Assembly: GCA_037379345.1 (NCBI GenBank)
Contig: CM074516.1
Location: 44,615,626 to 44,679,625 of the forward strand
Reading direction: 5' to 3'
From: Perna viridis
Taxonomy: Eukaryota
Length of the DNA: 64,000 bases
Part shown: one piece after another, positions 1 through 12,433 of the stretch
How positions within the stretch are numbered: position 1 is the stretch's first letter
Layout of the letters: every line of letters begins with the position of its first letter
Position numbers and translations under genes: made by a program
The notes under the pieces: generated by a model
The model's input: the letters and a program-made list of their open reading frames with translations, nothing else
Databases searched by the model: none
What the model was told of the DNA's origin: nothing

Positions 1-848
1 GAAAAATCCAGGTAGGTACTTAGGGATTTTTTTTTGGACACAGTAAATAAACAATGCACTTAGATATGATATGTGTGCATTATTTGTTTTGCATTGACCC
101 ATATTAGTGACTGTGTATTTCTTGAAATAAACTAATTCTTAAAGTTGTGCCAAGACATACATGGTACAGATAAAAGACTTTATGCACACTTTTCTCATGG
201 AAAAGAAAATTAAAACGTTAGATTTATAACCAGGGTTTGTAGAAACAGATGGACAGACGGATCCGAACACTGCATGCCCCCATCATAATGGGTTGGACAT
301 AACAAAATTCTTTGCCTAAGTCATACTTAATATTGTTGTAATTTCGGTTGAAAATTAAGAATGAGATTATGAACTTTAATAAGTTGCAAAAAATATCAAG
401 CTCCTACCCTAAGTGTAGTTGCCATCACTGAGTATGTGGACAAAAACACATGAAATAGAAGTGTGGGAGACCTGAAATCATATACCGTTAATGTGGGACC
501 TCATACTAAAGGTGGCAAAGGGAGTTTATGAGGACGGAAAAATGGGAATAATAAACTACAATCACATGATCGAGAAACTACATTTGGTAAAAAATGATGC
601 TCGGATGATGGTAAGAAGGGCAGCTGAGAGAATGGAACACAAAAATAAATAAAACATCTTTTACAATGATCAGAGAATAATTTACTAGAAAGTGTGCCAA
701 GCATGGCTCAATGCATAAAAAATGTCAAGAGAGGAGTAAAGAGTTAAAAGGTCAGGATCTAGGATTGAGTGGGACCAGAACAAGAAGTTGAGGATGTGGG
801 AACTACTTCTTACTTGTCATGAGGAGGTGACCAGGTGAAAAATACAAA

Positions 849-1301
849 GGTCTCACTAACCACTTCTAACGTTTCCATTACTTTGCATGTTAAAAAAGTA
901 ATTTTCAAAGTCTCACTGTGAATTCCCAGGACAAATGACATCTTAAAGTTGCATACTGTTGCGAAGCTTGGAAAATAAGGCTGCCAAAATCTTTATGCTA
1001 ATGGTACGATGATAGAAATTATTCACAAAATTTACTTGAATAAATAATACTGAAAATTCACATTTTTACCTGTTCTGCTGACAGCATGGAGGCAAATTAC
1101 TCACACATGTAAACAATATTCATACACTTTTGTAGTTAATTACATATATGATTTTAAAGTACACATTCTCAGCTTCATTTTGACTACTTTTAATCATAAT
1201 ACACACAAATAATGCACTTACAATGCAAATGTCTAGGTTCAGTGTGATTTTGGTACTACATAGGGAGGTGGCCATTTGACCCGGAAGTGGTTAGTGAGAC
1301 C
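849..1301. mobile_element. MITE with 18-bp perfect terminal inverted repeats
   Basis: GGTCTCACTAACCACTTC (849-866) and GAAGTGGTTAGTGAGACC (1284-1301), flanked by AAA on both sides (possible 3-bp TSD). Confidence 0.8.
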
Positions 1302-1994
1302 AAAGTAAACACTGAAAACCCTGCACAAAGGAAGAATATCAAGTTGTAGGGCCAATGTTGAGGTCAATAGCTGAATGGATTTTTTTTTTGTTTTTGTTCA
1401 ATGATCATAAGAAAAAATGATGATAAAATACTGGGGAGACAACATTTATAGATACATTTGTATGTTGTCATATATCTTGCACTCAAACAGGATGGGCTAT
1501 AAATTTGTTTTCAATACTGCACACTTTTTTCGTATATTGAAAAGTGCATCGACTTCCCCAACTGTAATGTTGTATGTACTTCCAGTGATCGTCACCTACT
1601 GCTGATATGCTCAACTCTGTTTTAGCTTGTTTTTTTGTTTTGGTTCAAGGTATTGCTAAAAATATCTAAAAATTCAGGGATCTCCACGGATCAAAATGAA
1701 CACATGGCATTCTCTCTGGTTGGACAAATTTTCATCATGGCGCGTGTCCTTTTATGCAGAAAATAAATTGCCAAAGGAAGTATAATAAGGTTGAATGAGA
1801 TATATTTAATAGCACAAGCTACAACATTGAAATTAATAATCAACAATGATAAATTCTGTCAGACAGTACTGTCTAAATTATACCAAAAGAAATTTCTCTC
1901 TTCCCTAAACTTGACCATAGGTCCACAGCTCTAGAGAAATTAAAATCACTGGTAGGTATGGTCATTTTGTTAATATCCACTAAAAACTGGAAGC

Positions 1995-2065
1995 ATGGAC
2001 CAGGTGCACCGGTAGGGTAAGCGTCCTCTGCTTTTCTAGAAACACCCGCCTGATAAAGTCAAGTC
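1995..2065. mobile_element. Fragment of an abundant bivalve interspersed repeat
   Basis: caggtgcaccggtagggtaagcgtcctctgc...cacccg resembles, from recall, a common bivalve SINE-like repeat. Confidence 0.45.
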
Positions 2066-2199
2066 ACAATATTTTAGAGCTTTTGGGGGTCTATCCATCA
2101 CCCTTAAGAAAGTTCATAACAGGTATTTGATATGGAAATTCCTGGATATGCTTACTTCTTGTGTTGACAAAAGACTTGTCTCTTCTAAAAATTGCAAAT

Positions 2200-2530
2200 A
2201 CTTTCCATTTACACCGGATGTTGACAACTTCGGACTGCGGGCTTATCTTCGTAAAAAAAAAGAAATAATAAAAATAGTAAATGTCGAAGAATTAATAATG
2301 CATCAAATAGGAAAATTTTAATTCTTTTTTTTTTTAATTTTATTTTAAATACCAGAAAATATTATCCTAAGAAACGAAATCAGTAAGTGCGAAACTGTTT
2401 TGTTTACATCTGGCAACTTGCTTGTTTGGATTTGTTTTCTCCAGAATATTCCTAAAATCCATTCAGGTCGTAGGCTGTAGCTTAAGTAGGATTCGAACAC
2501 ACATTATTTAGCTGTTTCATTTTTGTAAGT
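2200..2530 (+). promoter_or_regulatory. Putative CFAP298 promoter and non-coding first exon
   Basis: CpG-retaining patch; forkhead site TGTTTAC (2401-2407) overlapping an imperfect X-box GTTTACATCTGGCAAC (2402-2417); candidate donor gtaagt at 2525. Confidence 0.5.
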
Positions 2531-4290
2531 TGATAGTATTTTAGGATTTGTGTAATTTTTAAAGATTTACTTTCAACTTTCTTGTTTTTTGCCTTTCTTT
2601 TCTGCATAAAATGTGTTTTGTCCTACGAGAGACGGAACTTTTTGCATTCAGATCATATTAAACTTTATCGTTATGTTTTGTTATAGTTAATGTCTCGATT
2701 AAAAGAATGTAACACATGATGTGCATCTGCATTAAAAGTCGAATCAATCACACCCAAACTGCATACATGTATGTCAATTCTGACAGAAAGATTTTGAGCC
2801 ATTCATGTTTTGACAAAGGATCTACATGTGTAGATTCTTATGGTCTTCCTTAATATTAAGAAGACATTGGTCTTTATTGCAAGTGAAGTCGGAAGCATAA
2901 AAAGTACTATGTTCCCTTAATTTTCAATGCAATTTACGTGTAACACTTCTGCTGAGTGTGATCAGGATACTTTCATCAGTGGGAACCAGCAAAGGACATT
3001 TCTAAAATTTGTAAACTATTATAGGTCAAAAAAGTTTCAGGTTTGGCATAGAATGCAAGGATTTATCATAAGCTCTTAAACCAGAAGTAGCCATTTTGTA
3101 AATGTCAAAGTTGTTCCAAATCAATAACACAGACCTCTTTTAAATAATTTGTCTAGGCAGCGTTTTTTACTATTTCTAAAGTTTCAATAGACTGCGATGT
3201 AGTCATATTTAGACAGATTTCTATACATTTAAAAGCGATCTTTGCTTGCTTATTATGTATTTTTGTGTTTTTAAAAGAGAGCAGTCTGTTGCTAACATCA
3301 ATAAATTTACTTTCCTTTACTTTAAACATGGAGCATAGAACATATTTCATACTCCAAATTAATGGGCCCACAAGGGGCTACATGAGTATACATTTATGGA
3401 GGAAAAGATACATTAATACATATAAGAAAGGAACACATAATAATACTAAATACAAATCTAGTATGAAAGGTACATATACATGTACATGTTTAATGTATTA
3501 AAGAAGAATAATAGATAAATTCTCTAACTGCATTTAGAGTTTGGATTTTCAGATAAATTTTTGTTCATCAAGATTATTGAAGTTTTTAACTTCATTTCCA
3601 ATAAAATCAAACAAAACTTTCATTGTAAGATGGAATTTGTTACAGGTGATTATTAATGGACTTCATCTTATATTTCTCCAGAGTTGCATTTTATACAAAA
3701 ACATTCATTTCTCTTTAATAATTTCAATCATAAATTTGTGATATAATCTGTGTTTTACAAATAGATCTTCTGAATTTAAAATTTATTATTTTTGATAGAA
3801 AATTTTCAAAGCCAAAGTGCTGTTTGAGTTTAAAATATATGTCATTTTCAGTCCTCAAGATTGGACTTCTATACAAACCACATGCTTCTGTACTTATTCA
3901 AAATAGTACTAGTGAAAAACCCTTTTAATTTATATTGTCCAAAATCTTAACTGTTGATGTTAATCTTCAAATTATCTACCATGAATTGCATAGAATACCA
4001 TTATAATTTGTTCTCATTATGCATTGATTTACTATAAGCATATAATATATATGCATCTTTTAGCAAAGGGAATTCTTGATTTAGGTATTTTAATCAAAAC
4101 CTGTAATTAATGAAACATTGTAAAAGATCAAAATGCTGTGGAAATCTAACAAGTTCTTACAAAATGAAAAAAAACATGTACCTTTTTGTACTCATTTTGA
4201 ACATTTGAGATGGAGTACCTCACATTTAAGACTTTTGAAAAAAGATCATGAACTCTGTTGTATTGTTTGGTTACAGAGGCCAATTTGAAA

Positions 4291-4429
4291 ATGGTAAAGT
4301 TACACATCAAAAAGGGAGATGAAAGTCAGTTTTTGTATGAGACAACAGTGGAACTGCCAATTGATGACCTGTTGAAAGATGTGGCAGCTATTTACAATGG
4401 AAGACTTAAAGTCCATAGAATCTGTGCAG
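4291..4429 (+). CDS. CFAP298: CFAP298 coding exon 1
   Basis: ATG at 4291; MVKLHIKKGDESQFLYETTVELPIDDLLKDVAAIYNGRLKVHRICA; donor GT at 4430. Acceptor ttacag ending 4276 implies an upstream non-coding exon. Confidence 0.93.
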
Positions 4430-7091
4430 GTGTGTAGGTGATAATAACTACTTGTATTTCTACAAGATTATAATAGACACAATGAGAAACATTTTTTTAT
4501 CTTTTGATTTAAATCCATGGAAGCATATGTTTGAAATACATGTGATAGGATTTTCATTTGAAGGCAAAAAGAATATTGATCACAATTATACTTTGTAAAA
4601 ATTTCTTCAGTTTTGTTTTTCATTCATTCTCTTTCTAAAAAAAAACAACACTAATTTTATAGCACTGCATTTATTTTGGCCATTGTTCTTTCGGAAGTAA
4701 GATGTAATATAAATGACTCTATGTGCTTGTTCAAATCAAATTCTCCAAACTGTTTATTTTCTGTAACTAGAAATGGAGGAACTTGCAAAACATGGAGTCA
4801 CTCTCCCTCCAAATATGCAGGGATTGACAGAGGAACAGTTGGTAGAATTAAAATTAAAAGATGAATGGGGAGAGAAATGTATTCCAAGTGGTGGTTTTGT
4901 AGAATGTAAAGATACTCTCACAATTAGGAATGGCAGAGGTAAAACTTTTTTTTAAAGATACATGTATCACAAGCAATATAAATACATATACCTACATGTA
5001 CATGTATATTTGGTTAATAGGTTAATGATTGAAATGGTAGGATTCAAATGGCAAAGAAAATCTTAAACTCACTGGTATGCAGTTTCTTAAAAAGTATAAT
5101 GAACTTGATTAAACTTGAGGACAACAATTTACTTTCGTCATTTGATTCAGTTGTTTTGTAGAGAATAGTTAAACAATTGCAAATAAACAATTGCTTTATT
5201 TACAATTTATCTTAAATACATTTACTGAGGTTCTAAATGTTTGATAGCATGATTTTAAACAAAGTTTCAATAATCCCTTACTTCAATTTTTAGCTCCTCA
5301 GAAGAATATGCAAGATATGCTAAATAAGACAATCAGTGAAGCCAAGGATATGATATCAAAGGTAAAATTCAATCCATATTATTTTTTCAGATAAAGGAAT
5401 ATTGTTTATAGAAGCCTAAAACTATAAGAATTGAAATAAAAGCTAATCATGGGTGAGCCAGTGATGGACAGCAACTAACTACTTTTTGCCAAAACAAATT
5501 CTTGTAAAACCGAAGTCTTTAGCATTGGAGCATTTTAAAAACAGATAAACATGTATAAAAATGAAGACTATACTGTACATTATATTCTTTTACTTTTAAA
5601 AACAGTTTAGTTGATAACTGTTAAGGAAAATATATTTGATTGTTTCTCTTCAGAAAAAGGTACAGGCAGACATTTGTGTTACTCAGGTCACTGTAAAAGA
5701 AGCTCTAGATATTTTGCGTGGAGCTGTGATGATTGTATATCCGATGGGGTTACCTCCCCATGACAGAATAAAACATGAGTTTGACAATGAAGAAGATTTG
5801 TCAGGGACACAGGTAATAGTTTACTAGATTGATATGAAAATGAAATGCTTCACATGGCACAGCTTGATATAACTGCAGAGGTTGAATCATGAACATTTGG
5901 GGCAAATATGGACACACCATTAATGCTTGATATAGCTCTGAATTTTGATTGTGATTGGGTATTTGACACAGAATGAAATTTTTCATCCCATTATTCATAA
6001 ATGATTCCAGCCACAATCCCTGAAGTCATCCCAGTCAGCCTTTCTTCTGAGGTATGGCATTTAAAAAAAATCCACATAATGGACACAGGATGTCTGCAGA
6101 TGACAGTTTTATACCATTATACGACATAATGTTTTTACAAATAATGCAAATGAGTAGTCTGTTATGGCATTTGTTGAAACAATTCAAAGTTGATGTAGTT
6201 TTAAAACTACACCAAAAATTGAAAAAAACCATAGTTCAGGGGAGATAATTATTTTTGCTGATTTCATACTTTAAAATAATATATACATTTATATTTTTTT
6301 CTTTATAGGCTTCTTTGGAAGTGATTGAAGAGGATAATGCTTCTATTTGGTTCTCAGGGAAGGAAATGTTGAGAGGAAAGAAACTGAGAGATTTTGTTGG
6401 AAAGAATGAAAAGACAAAAATAATTGCTAAAATACAAAAGGCAAGTCTTTTGTCAAATATTTTGCTTCCATAATCTCTTAATTTTTTTTGAAGTAGCTAT
6501 ATGAATATGCTTTAGATGATACTTTGGTATAGCATTGTTATGTTATGACTAACTAACTGAAATTTTTAATTGTTTAATGATATATTCTTATTAATATGCA
6601 CTAGTTATCAAGTTTTTGGTGCATTTAAAAAATGAAAATGTTCTTGAGATAGTTTACACTAGACAAATAATTACAGTCATTGATATATTACAATAAACCA
6701 CAATTGTTTGATTACAGAGGGGACAGGGAGCACCTGGCAGGGAACCAGTTGTTAGTGAGGATGAACAAAAACAGATGATGGCTCATTATTACAAGAAACA
6801 AGAAGAATTTAAGGTTGGTTATTATTCAGAATGAGGGTTATAATATATCAGAAAAAATATACAGTTGCTAATTTTGTAGAACTTATGCATACTTAATTTC
6901 CAGGCTCCCGGAAATGTTGTTAGATTTGTATGTGAATGTATTTCTTTAGGTACACTTATACATATATTTCTTTATTTCAGAAATTAGAAGCAGAAAATGA
7001 AGATGCCTATATGAACCAAGATTGGGCTGATGGTGGACAACTTAAAAGGAACTTTCATGGACTTAATAACATTAAATGGGGACCTAGATAA
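4291..7091 (+). CDS. CFAP298: Cilia- and flagella-associated protein 298 (C21orf59/Kurly homolog); whole gene, join(4291..4429,4771..4938,5294..5361,5654..5812,6309..6440,6718..6813,6981..7091), 290 aa
   Basis: Hand-spliced exons total 873 nt with consistent phases. Translation MVKLHIKKGDESQFLYE...YNGRLKVHRICAEMEELAKHGVTLPPNMQGLTEEQ...LRGAVMIVYPMGLPP...GKNEKTKIIAKIQKRGQGAPGREP...FHGLNNIKWGPR* matches the CFAP298 sequence I recall end to end, including length. Confidence 0.96.
4771..4938 (+). CDS. CFAP298: CFAP298 coding exon 2
   Basis: ctag|AAATGGAGG; EMEELAKHGVTLPPNMQGLTEEQLVELKLKDEWGEKCIPSGG...RNGR; donor gtaaaa at 4939. Confidence 0.95.
5294..5361 (+). CDS. CFAP298: CFAP298 coding exon 3
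   Basis: tttttag|CTCCTCAG; APQKNMQDMLNKTISEAKDMISK; donor gtaaaa at 5362. Confidence 0.92.
5654..5812 (+). CDS. CFAP298: CFAP298 coding exon 4
   Basis: cttcag|AAAAAG; KKVQADICVTQVTVKEALDILRGAVMIVYPMGLPPHDRIKHEFDNEEDLSGTQ; donor gtaata at 5813. Confidence 0.95.
6309..6440 (+). CDS. CFAP298: CFAP298 coding exon 5 (followed by a GC donor)
   Basis: ttatag|GCT; ASLEVIEEDNASIWFSGKEMLRGKKLRDFVGKNEKTKIIAKIQK; donor AAG|gcaagt at 6441. Confidence 0.92.
6718..6813 (+). CDS. CFAP298: CFAP298 coding exon 6
   Basis: ttacag|AGG; RGQGAPGREPVVSEDEQKQMMAHYYKKQEEFK; donor gttggt at 6814. Confidence 0.93.
6981..7091 (+). CDS. CFAP298: CFAP298 coding exon 7 (terminal)
   Basis: tttcag|AAA; KLEAENEDAYMNQDWADGGQLKRNFHGLNNIKWGPR*; TAA at 7089-7091. 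Confidence 0.94.
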   Translation, partial: KLEAENEDAYMNQDWADGGQLKRNFHGLNNIKWGPR

Positions 7092-7603
7092 TCCAGTTAC
7101 ATTTCTTTGTCAAACAAAAACCATCCGCATGTGTTCATAGGTCTGAACTTGGTGATTAATGTGTTACAATCTACATTTAAGTCAGTATTCAATAAGGCAG
7201 ACTTTCATGTGAAATTTGAAAGTGATATGATTAACAAGTAGTTAAGCATATGATGATATTTTTGTAGGAATACAAGAACAATTTTACTTTGGTAAAAAAA
7301 AGTTACTAATGCTGTTGTTTGTTATTGGGAAGATTTTAAGGTGCATTTATTTGAACGACCTTCGTGATAAGTTAAATATTTCCCTTGGTAATGGACAATT
7401 GTCTTAAAGAAAACTATATTCTAATCAACAAATACTTAATTTTGTTTTATTTTTTGGAAGACATTAATGTTAGTTTGTTCATGTAGAAGCAGAGAGACTG
7501 AAATATTACTGTTTTTTGTATGGATGGTATTCACTTTCATTTTGTTTGGTGCAGTTAGATGTAATAATAGTGATGATCATCATTTGTTTGTCAAATATTT
7601 CAA

Positions 7604-7821
7604 TACTGTGAAAATACTTTAATTCTTGGATATCAATTTTCATGGATTGCAGACAAATTGTTTTTGTGGTATGTTGATTCTTTAATTCGTGGCTTGATAT
7701 TTCCCACAGTACAAATAAACGGAGAATATGTATTTCATTAGCAGTTTTAATTTTGTGGTTTGAGTCAACAACGAAATCCACATATAATTGGTACCCCACC
7801 AAGATAAATATTTTCACAGCA
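7604..7821. mobile_element. MITE in the probable CFAP298 3' UTR
   Basis: TIR-like ends tactgtgaaaata and tattttcacagca. Confidence 0.55.
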
Positions 7822-8722
7822 GGTTCTATGTTATCTATTTATGGTAACTCATTATATTACACAGTAGAAAAGTTTCAAGCCATCTTCTGGCTAGAGCCAT
7901 AAATAGTACCATTCAAAGTTGGTATTCAAAGATGCCCTATCACCATATATATTATCCATGTTTAAATAATCAGTCCAGTTGCTTCTTTCAGGAGAATTTG
8001 TATAGATCCAGTGGATAATTGTTTTGAACAACTGGATTCTGAATTCAAGCTCTATTCCAACTGCCCTTGTTATATACTCTTATAATAACTAGATGATTTT
8101 AAGTCTCATTACCACAATGCCGTTGCTTTATTGACACAAAAGTTGACAGATTTGCATTGTTCTTTTAATATTGGTTACTTGTATGAAATGTGAATTGTCT
8201 TTAATATTTATCTATTGTATTATTTTTTTATTTTATTATGTATATTAAGAATTAAAATGTACTTCATGTAAAGTAGAGTAGATAAAATGCAGATGAAGAC
8301 GTTTTTTTCATATTTAAACTTAATAAGCTCTGTCTTTCAACATCATAAAGTCTCTTTGAGATTAACATGGGATGAAAATGTTCATTATGTCTGTAGCACT
8401 TCATTTTTCGGTTAGTTATATCAGTGCATCTCTTTCATATCCATCATGATCAAATAAAGAGAAAGCATAGTTCAATTATTGGTAGTGATCAGCAACTATA
8501 GAAAGCACTAAGATGTTATGTTATTTGGGATCTTCACAGAGAAAATGAGACCATATCCTCTTTGAATATGCTCAGAACTTATGGATTGTCTTCAAATAAG
8601 CTGTTTTCTTCTGTTATGGTAATGTTTTTGTATTTCCATTACAAATTGTTTCTCATGTCAATGATGCACATTGTTAACACATCAAGATAACATGATGTAA
8701 GATATTACTTTTCTTGGATTTC

Positions 8723-8830
8723 ACACATATTACCTGTCAAGTAGACCAATCAAATGATACACATATCACCTGTCAAGCAGACCAATCAAATGGTACACAT
8801 ATCACCTGTCAAGCAGACCAATCAAATGGT
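8723..8830. repeat. Tandem repeat, 3 x 36 bp
   Basis: Unit acacatatcacctgtcaagcagaccaatcaaatggt. Confidence 0.92.
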
Positions 8831-11384
8831 GGAATTGCCTGGCATATATTACCCATATAGAATATAATCAGATTCATATGACTTAGAGGTACACAAAAAA
8901 AAGATGATACATCTTTGATGATTTTTAATAATTGCTCAACAACTTCCATCCATATACAACATGAAAAAATATAAAATGGCCCTAGTCTTTAATTTCATTC
9001 ATAAATGTATAAAACATGACAGCCATAAAAAATCATCTAAGTAAATGGACAACCATAAAAACTTGTACAATTAAAGCAGTATTAAAATTGTTAGATCACA
9101 TGACTCACTTAAATTGCATACAATAACACATAATGCTTAAATTACAAAAATGCAGTAAGACCATGCAAAGTTCATTACTTGTTCTTTAAAAAAAAAGTTG
9201 GTTAAAAATATAAGGTCATTTCATAAAATTTGTTGATCTTATTTTAGATGTTTCATTGATCTCTATGATAAAAACAACCCAAATTTGTATTATGTGAGTA
9301 TGTTAAATTTTCATGCAAACAACCATTCCGAAGCATTATAAAACTTGGTTTTCAAGTGAGATAAAAATAATGAGTCTGTACCATTAATATTATAATAATG
9401 CATTATACATGACCCAGTCATTAGTACTATATAAAAGCTGCTCAGCACAAAAAATACCCGTGGTTTGGATGAACACATGATATGCGAGATAATGGATGGT
9501 TCCTGTAATGATTATAGTTAATAATGAGTTACAATTTTTTCCCACAAAAGAACTTTCCATGTAAACTGCTGATGAAGTTAGTTTTGTAAAGTTGCAGATA
9601 TACAATTAAAAGCAAAAAGACATATTAAAAAAATTGCATCAGTATCTTTTAATATAAGCTGTATATGTTGGAACTCTTAAATACAATATTAAAACTCAGT
9701 ATACCACAGTTACCCATTAGCAGTGTTTCAGATAGGAAACAAAATATTAACAGAATATTACATTTACCACTTAATAATGAACAAAGCATGTGGAACAAAT
9801 GAATACTTATATAAAATGAAGCTTGAATAAAAGTAATGAATTTATAGTATAAAAACATATACAATGTATATTGCATCTTTGAATATATAAATATAAATTA
9901 AAATTCTGTACAATATATTTACAAGCTAAAGGGCACTAACTCTTCATACTCAATGACTAGAAGAGAACTAAAACTTGTGTGCCCAGTTAAAAGTAGTGTA
10001 TATAGCAGAATCAACATCACATACAAAAAGTACAAACTTATAAAAATGGTTGTTCACAATAAAAAAAAAAAGTTGAAATACACTGAATTATAAAAAATTG
10101 AATGGAAGACCTTTTATAATTAAAATATTATATTCTTCCTACTCTTTCAATCATGTCAACTTTTGATTATTTTTAAAGCAGATTTTCATAAAATATTGAA
10201 TACTGCATATTGAAAAAAAATCATAACACAACATTTATATATTCAAACCTTTGTGAAAGTGGATGGCAATGAGATACATAATAAAAATGCTGCCATATTC
10301 AAATAAAAATTTGTTTGCATTCAATACACATGTACACAAATAGCACAGTAACATTCAAATAGGACTATGATAGTTTGGTGAACCTGCAACGCTTCAATAT
10401 TGATAAAAATATTAACCAGAAGTGAATTTTCCTAAAATACAATATTCAACATAAGGACCTCAAATTCACAACCAAGGACTTCAACTTTTTTATAGCATTA
10501 CAGATATATAAACATTCTAATATGCTCCCAGATTCGTTGTACTTGGCTGTATGAGGTAATGGGTGTAACAATATCAGCAGTTAATTATACAAGTATTAAA
10601 TTATTTAAGATACAGATGCAGAGGTAGACCTGGCATACAGTCTCAAAATACTTAAACTTCAGGTTTTTCTGAATCTCGAATCATGGTATTAAGTCTTATA
10701 AGAAAATGCACCACTAAATCCAGCTGATAACAATGCATTGCAAAATTTGGAAAATTATCTATAGTGTTTCATGTATAACTTTATTTTTGGGAACTGTTCA
10801 ATCACTTTACTGATTTCCACCCCTAAAATTGGAAAAAAATCAGAAACATGCATGCCAAAATCCCACCGATCTGACAATATAATTTCACTCAAGGATGCTT
10901 TCTATTTCTACCTGTTAAGAAAGACCATTACTAGATAACTGCATCACTGGATTTGCTTGGAAATTTTTTTAATGGAATATTAGAAAAATGAGGTTTTTGA
11001 TAGAGTTATCTGCTCTTGAAATAATAATTTTCAGTGCATTTTAATAAAATTATAACTCAATTTACCAAAATGATATGGAAAATATAGTTTTTTTTCCTTG
11101 TTTCTGATGGTGCAAATAGTGGAATTAAACTTTCAAAATGGTGAGTTTTTTGATAATATATTTCACCCACTGCCTGATTCTTACAGAGACTGACACTTAA
11201 GAAAAGTACAAAAAAATGTACTGTGTGGTACTGATAAAGGTTAATGTGGGTAGCATATACAATGCCTTTGCACAATGAAAGAATTGTAGCACAACTATCA
11301 TTTAAAAATGAAATGTATATTTACACCAAGCAATGTTGAATCATTGTTGCAATGTCTTGGTACTAAAACTGTACTGGTGTACAT

Positions 11385-11525
11385 TCATGCAAAACAACAC
11401 ACACACACATTAGGACAGCTTGTATAAGACCACACTCACATCAACACAGCTAACACACTAAGCACACAAACACTCATCAAACATATAATCAGCAGTACAC
11501 AGCAAACATACACACTGCACATTTA
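11385..11525. repeat. CA-rich low-complexity tract (UG-rich in the EVA1 3' UTR)
   Basis: Repeated acac/cacac runs. Confidence 0.7.
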
Positions 11526-12029
11526 ACATTGTCAGATAACCCAATACATTGTAATTCATTTGGAATATGCAGTTACACGTGACCATTGCACACAGCTTGG
11601 AACCCTAATAACGACTGCACACGCACAGAAGACTAAATTAACAGTTTAAAGTTGTTCAATAATGTGGAAAACTAATTGTTGTTGTAAAAATGGTCAAACC
11701 TTGAATAACCACTTCACTTTATTTTTTTGTTAACTCCTCTTAATGATGACCAAGATAAATCTATATATCATGCAGTCTACAAACAAACAATATTTTACTA
11801 TTATTATAAATCATTGAAGATCTGACTAACATTAGGTTTTATCACAACAGAACAGGTTCTCAAAATAGTTACTTTGACAAATTTTGAATAGCAAAAACAA
11901 AATAGTTCATATGAGTCCTTGATTATCTCCCTTTGATAAGACTGTAAATGAAGTCCACTGTACAAACACATGTAATACAGAAGAGCACCTTAATATCATT
12001 TGACTACATCATATGACACATCATATGAC

Positions 12030-12433
12030 CTAACCGTAGTAATTGTTTATCACCCTATCATTTTGATCAAGACTTAATAAGGTCCCTCTCCTTTGAAACG
12101 GTGATCCTTGATCCATAGTCATATCAAATGGATCATCGCTGTCAATATTTCTCATACTATGAGGACGGTAGCGATCACCATTTCTAAATGTTCCTCTTGG
12201 TTCAAATCTAACTACTTCTATCCGATCAACAGAATCAGATCTAGACATTGTGGGAACTTCCGTATGATTGGCAGGAGGTGGTGGATTGCTATGTACAGGA
12301 TCTGTCACATCTAATTTACTTTTTCGCTGAAGTCTATTTCTGATTATCAATTTTATCACAACCACTATCAAGAGACAAATGACCCCAAAACTTACTCCTA
12401 TAACAAGATACAGGATTGCTTTCTCTTCATTTT
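12030..12433 (-). CDS. EVA1C: EVA1C-like coding exon 8 (TM and cytoplasmic tail)
   Basis: tttcag|AA; QNEEKAILYLVIGVSFGVICLLIVVVIKLIIRNR...RVINNYYG*; stop at 12030-12032. Confidence 0.92.

Noticed and set aside
480-835. Purine-rich, coding-like stretch
   Set aside because: No sustained frame or recognisable motif; possibly decayed transposon sequence, but unsupported.
1281-1288. ETS motif CCGGAAGT as a promoter element
   Set aside because: It overlaps the terminal inverted repeat of the 849-1301 MITE.
5830-6115. Possible intronic snoRNA in CFAP298 intron 4
   Set aside because: No properly arranged C/D or H/ACA boxes; resembles a degenerate dispersed repeat.
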